This document shows positions 62,686-64,000 of a stretch of DNA of 64,000 bases, piece after piece. A model generated the notes under the pieces. It was not told the origin of the DNA. It saw nothing but the letters and a program-made list of their open reading frames with translations, and made no database searches. The first letter of the stretch is position 1. Each line of letters opens with the position of its first letter. The position numbers and the translations under genes were made by a program. The stretch is from Paraspadella gotoi (taxonomy: Eukaryota; Animalia; Chaetognatha), in contig CM119267.1 of the NCBI GenBank assembly GCA_051294375.1, forward strand, positions 5,755,992 to 5,819,991, read 5' to 3'.

Positions 62686-63648
62686 TCACACTTCCTTATC
62701 GGGCCGCTTTATGGCCTTTTCCCACCGCCGGTGGTCGAAATCGGAGAGGTCTTCGAAATCGGCGAGGTACTTGAGGTACTGCGCCAGGAAAAGAAGCTCT
62801 TTGTCCGAATCCCGGTTGAAGTGGGCGTTCCGGAACGGGCGGATCTTGAGACCGTTCTGAGGATTCATGAGAAAGTTGCGGCGCATGTCGTCGAACATGA
62901 TTGTGTTGTTGGGTCCGAACTCTTCGAACTGGCCCCAAATGACGCCGAGTGGTTTGACCTCGATGACGCCGTACTTGGGCGAGTCTACGGTGATCATGGC
63001 GCCACTGTCGAGTACGAAACTGATGTGGAATCGTTCATTCTTCTCTAAGTTTAATTCCTGCATCTTGGCCTCGATCCACTTGAGGGACGTGGCGGACCAG
63101 ATTGCAATGTCGTAATCGGCGTAGGCCGACTCGAGGAAGTCATGGAGGAAGGGACGCATGAGGTCCCGCCCGGTCTCGCCGACCGATTTGTGATCGAAGA
63201 TGGTGTAGTCGATATCCAGCACCAGCAGCTTCTTGCCGGGCCTCGTCGGGTGACGCCGCTTGATGGAGTAGTCCTTGACGCGTTTGGCAACCTTCTCCAG
63301 AAAGACGTCGCAGTCTTTGACGGGGACTTCCTCGTCGTCGCCAATGTCGAAGTCGTCGACGACCTCGGGAAGAACCTCGGGAGGTTTGGTCGCCGCTGCG
63401 ATGGCCTCCTCCTTGGTGCCCATCATCATGATCTTGGCGCCGGCCTTGAGGTTGAGTTCGCGGATGAGGACGTCGTCCGTCGGGGTCTTCCCCTTCCATT
63501 TCAGCCCCAAGAGTTTTTGACGCAGAGGAAGGACGCCGGTGGCTTTGCAGATGAGGTTTTTTAAGTCGAGCACGGAGTCCGTGTCGGAAAGACCCTCGAC
63601 CGGATATTCTGTCCCACTCCATTTCACCACAAGATTCGTCATGTTCAT
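62686..63648 (-). CDS. UBLCP1: Ubiquitin-like domain-containing CTD phosphatase 1; intronless
   Basis: UBL (VKWSGTEY..TGVLPLRQKLLGLK..KIMMMGT) plus HAD/NIF domain (KKLLVLDIDYTIFDH, MRPFLHDFL, WSAT, VKPL, FDD..RNFLMNPQNGLKIRPF). Confidence 0.95.
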   Translation of the reverse strand: MNMTNLVVKWSGTEYPVEGLSDTDSVLDLKNLICKATGVLPLRQKLLGLKWKGKTPTDDVLIRELNLKAGAKIMMMGTKEEAIAAATKPPEVLPEVVDDFDIGDDEEVPVKDCDVFLEKVAKRVKDYSIKRRHPTRPGKKLLVLDIDYTIFDHKSVGETGRDLMRPFLHDFLESAYADYDIAIWSATSLKWIEAKMQELNLEKNERFHISFVLDSGAMITVDSPKYGVIEVKPLGVIWGQFEEFGPNNTIMFDDMRRNFLMNPQNGLKIRPFRNAHFNRDSDKELLFLAQYLKYLADFEDLSDFDHRRWEKAIKRPDKEV

Positions 63649-64000
63649 AGGAGATTTGAGGTTAAAAGTACGTTTCAGCAAGACGAGATTATTATTACAG
63701 AAAATTATTGGAAAATAATCGACGCATTATCCGAATAACACCACAAGCAAGTGATAAATACAATACAATTGTTTTCCCAAAGTTTTAGTCAGCGTTTTTT
63801 AAATTGACGTCTTCAGAGCACGACGGAATCGAATATCGTATCGATCTTATGTTTTTATTTCTTTTCGTCTACAATTCAATAAAGCAGTAATAATAAAAGA
63901 CTAGAGCCACGAGAAATTCCTTTATCAGGCACCGGTGTATAAAGAGAACAAATAGACATACATCAAAAATATAGGATAAACGAGCAGAATCCTCTTCTTG

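Noticed and set aside
39097-63648. Bacterial operon or contamination suggested by tight same-strand packing and NeuB/RsmH/RNase H-like genes
   Set aside because: Most genes have GT-AG introns and include eukaryote-specific families (DDB2, UBLCP1, UBXN11, GPATCH11).

Overview
Eukaryotic (metazoan-like, probably invertebrate) draft-genome scaffold with N-gaps and two very different halves. Positions 1-38,000 are gene-poor and rich in (GA)n/(GAC)n microsatellites. They contain a ~3 kb + ~3 kb indel-rich inverted duplication (about 0.7-7.5 kb, possibly a long-read artefact), minisatellites, two families of Helentron/DINE-like non-autonomous elements, and one 4-exon gene for a type II membrane protein with a PAN/apple-like domain. 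Positions 39,097-63,648 hold 13 consecutive genes, all on the minus strand. In transcription order they are UBLCP1, DDB2, an orphan, COA7, an RNase H1 lacking its hybrid-binding domain, a short ERI2 and an intronless SID-1; then, after a 2.5 kb gap, a transposase-derived-looking Q-rich gene, RAD51D, UBXN11, a divergent METTL15, GPATCH11 and NANS. Ten of the 12 spacers are only about 120-320 bp, and most carry an apparently unpaired polypyrimidine-AG acceptor just before the ATG, the signature of spliced-leader trans-spliced operons. Gene identities and exon boundaries were inferred by eye from conserved motifs and GT-AG sites; no database search was run.
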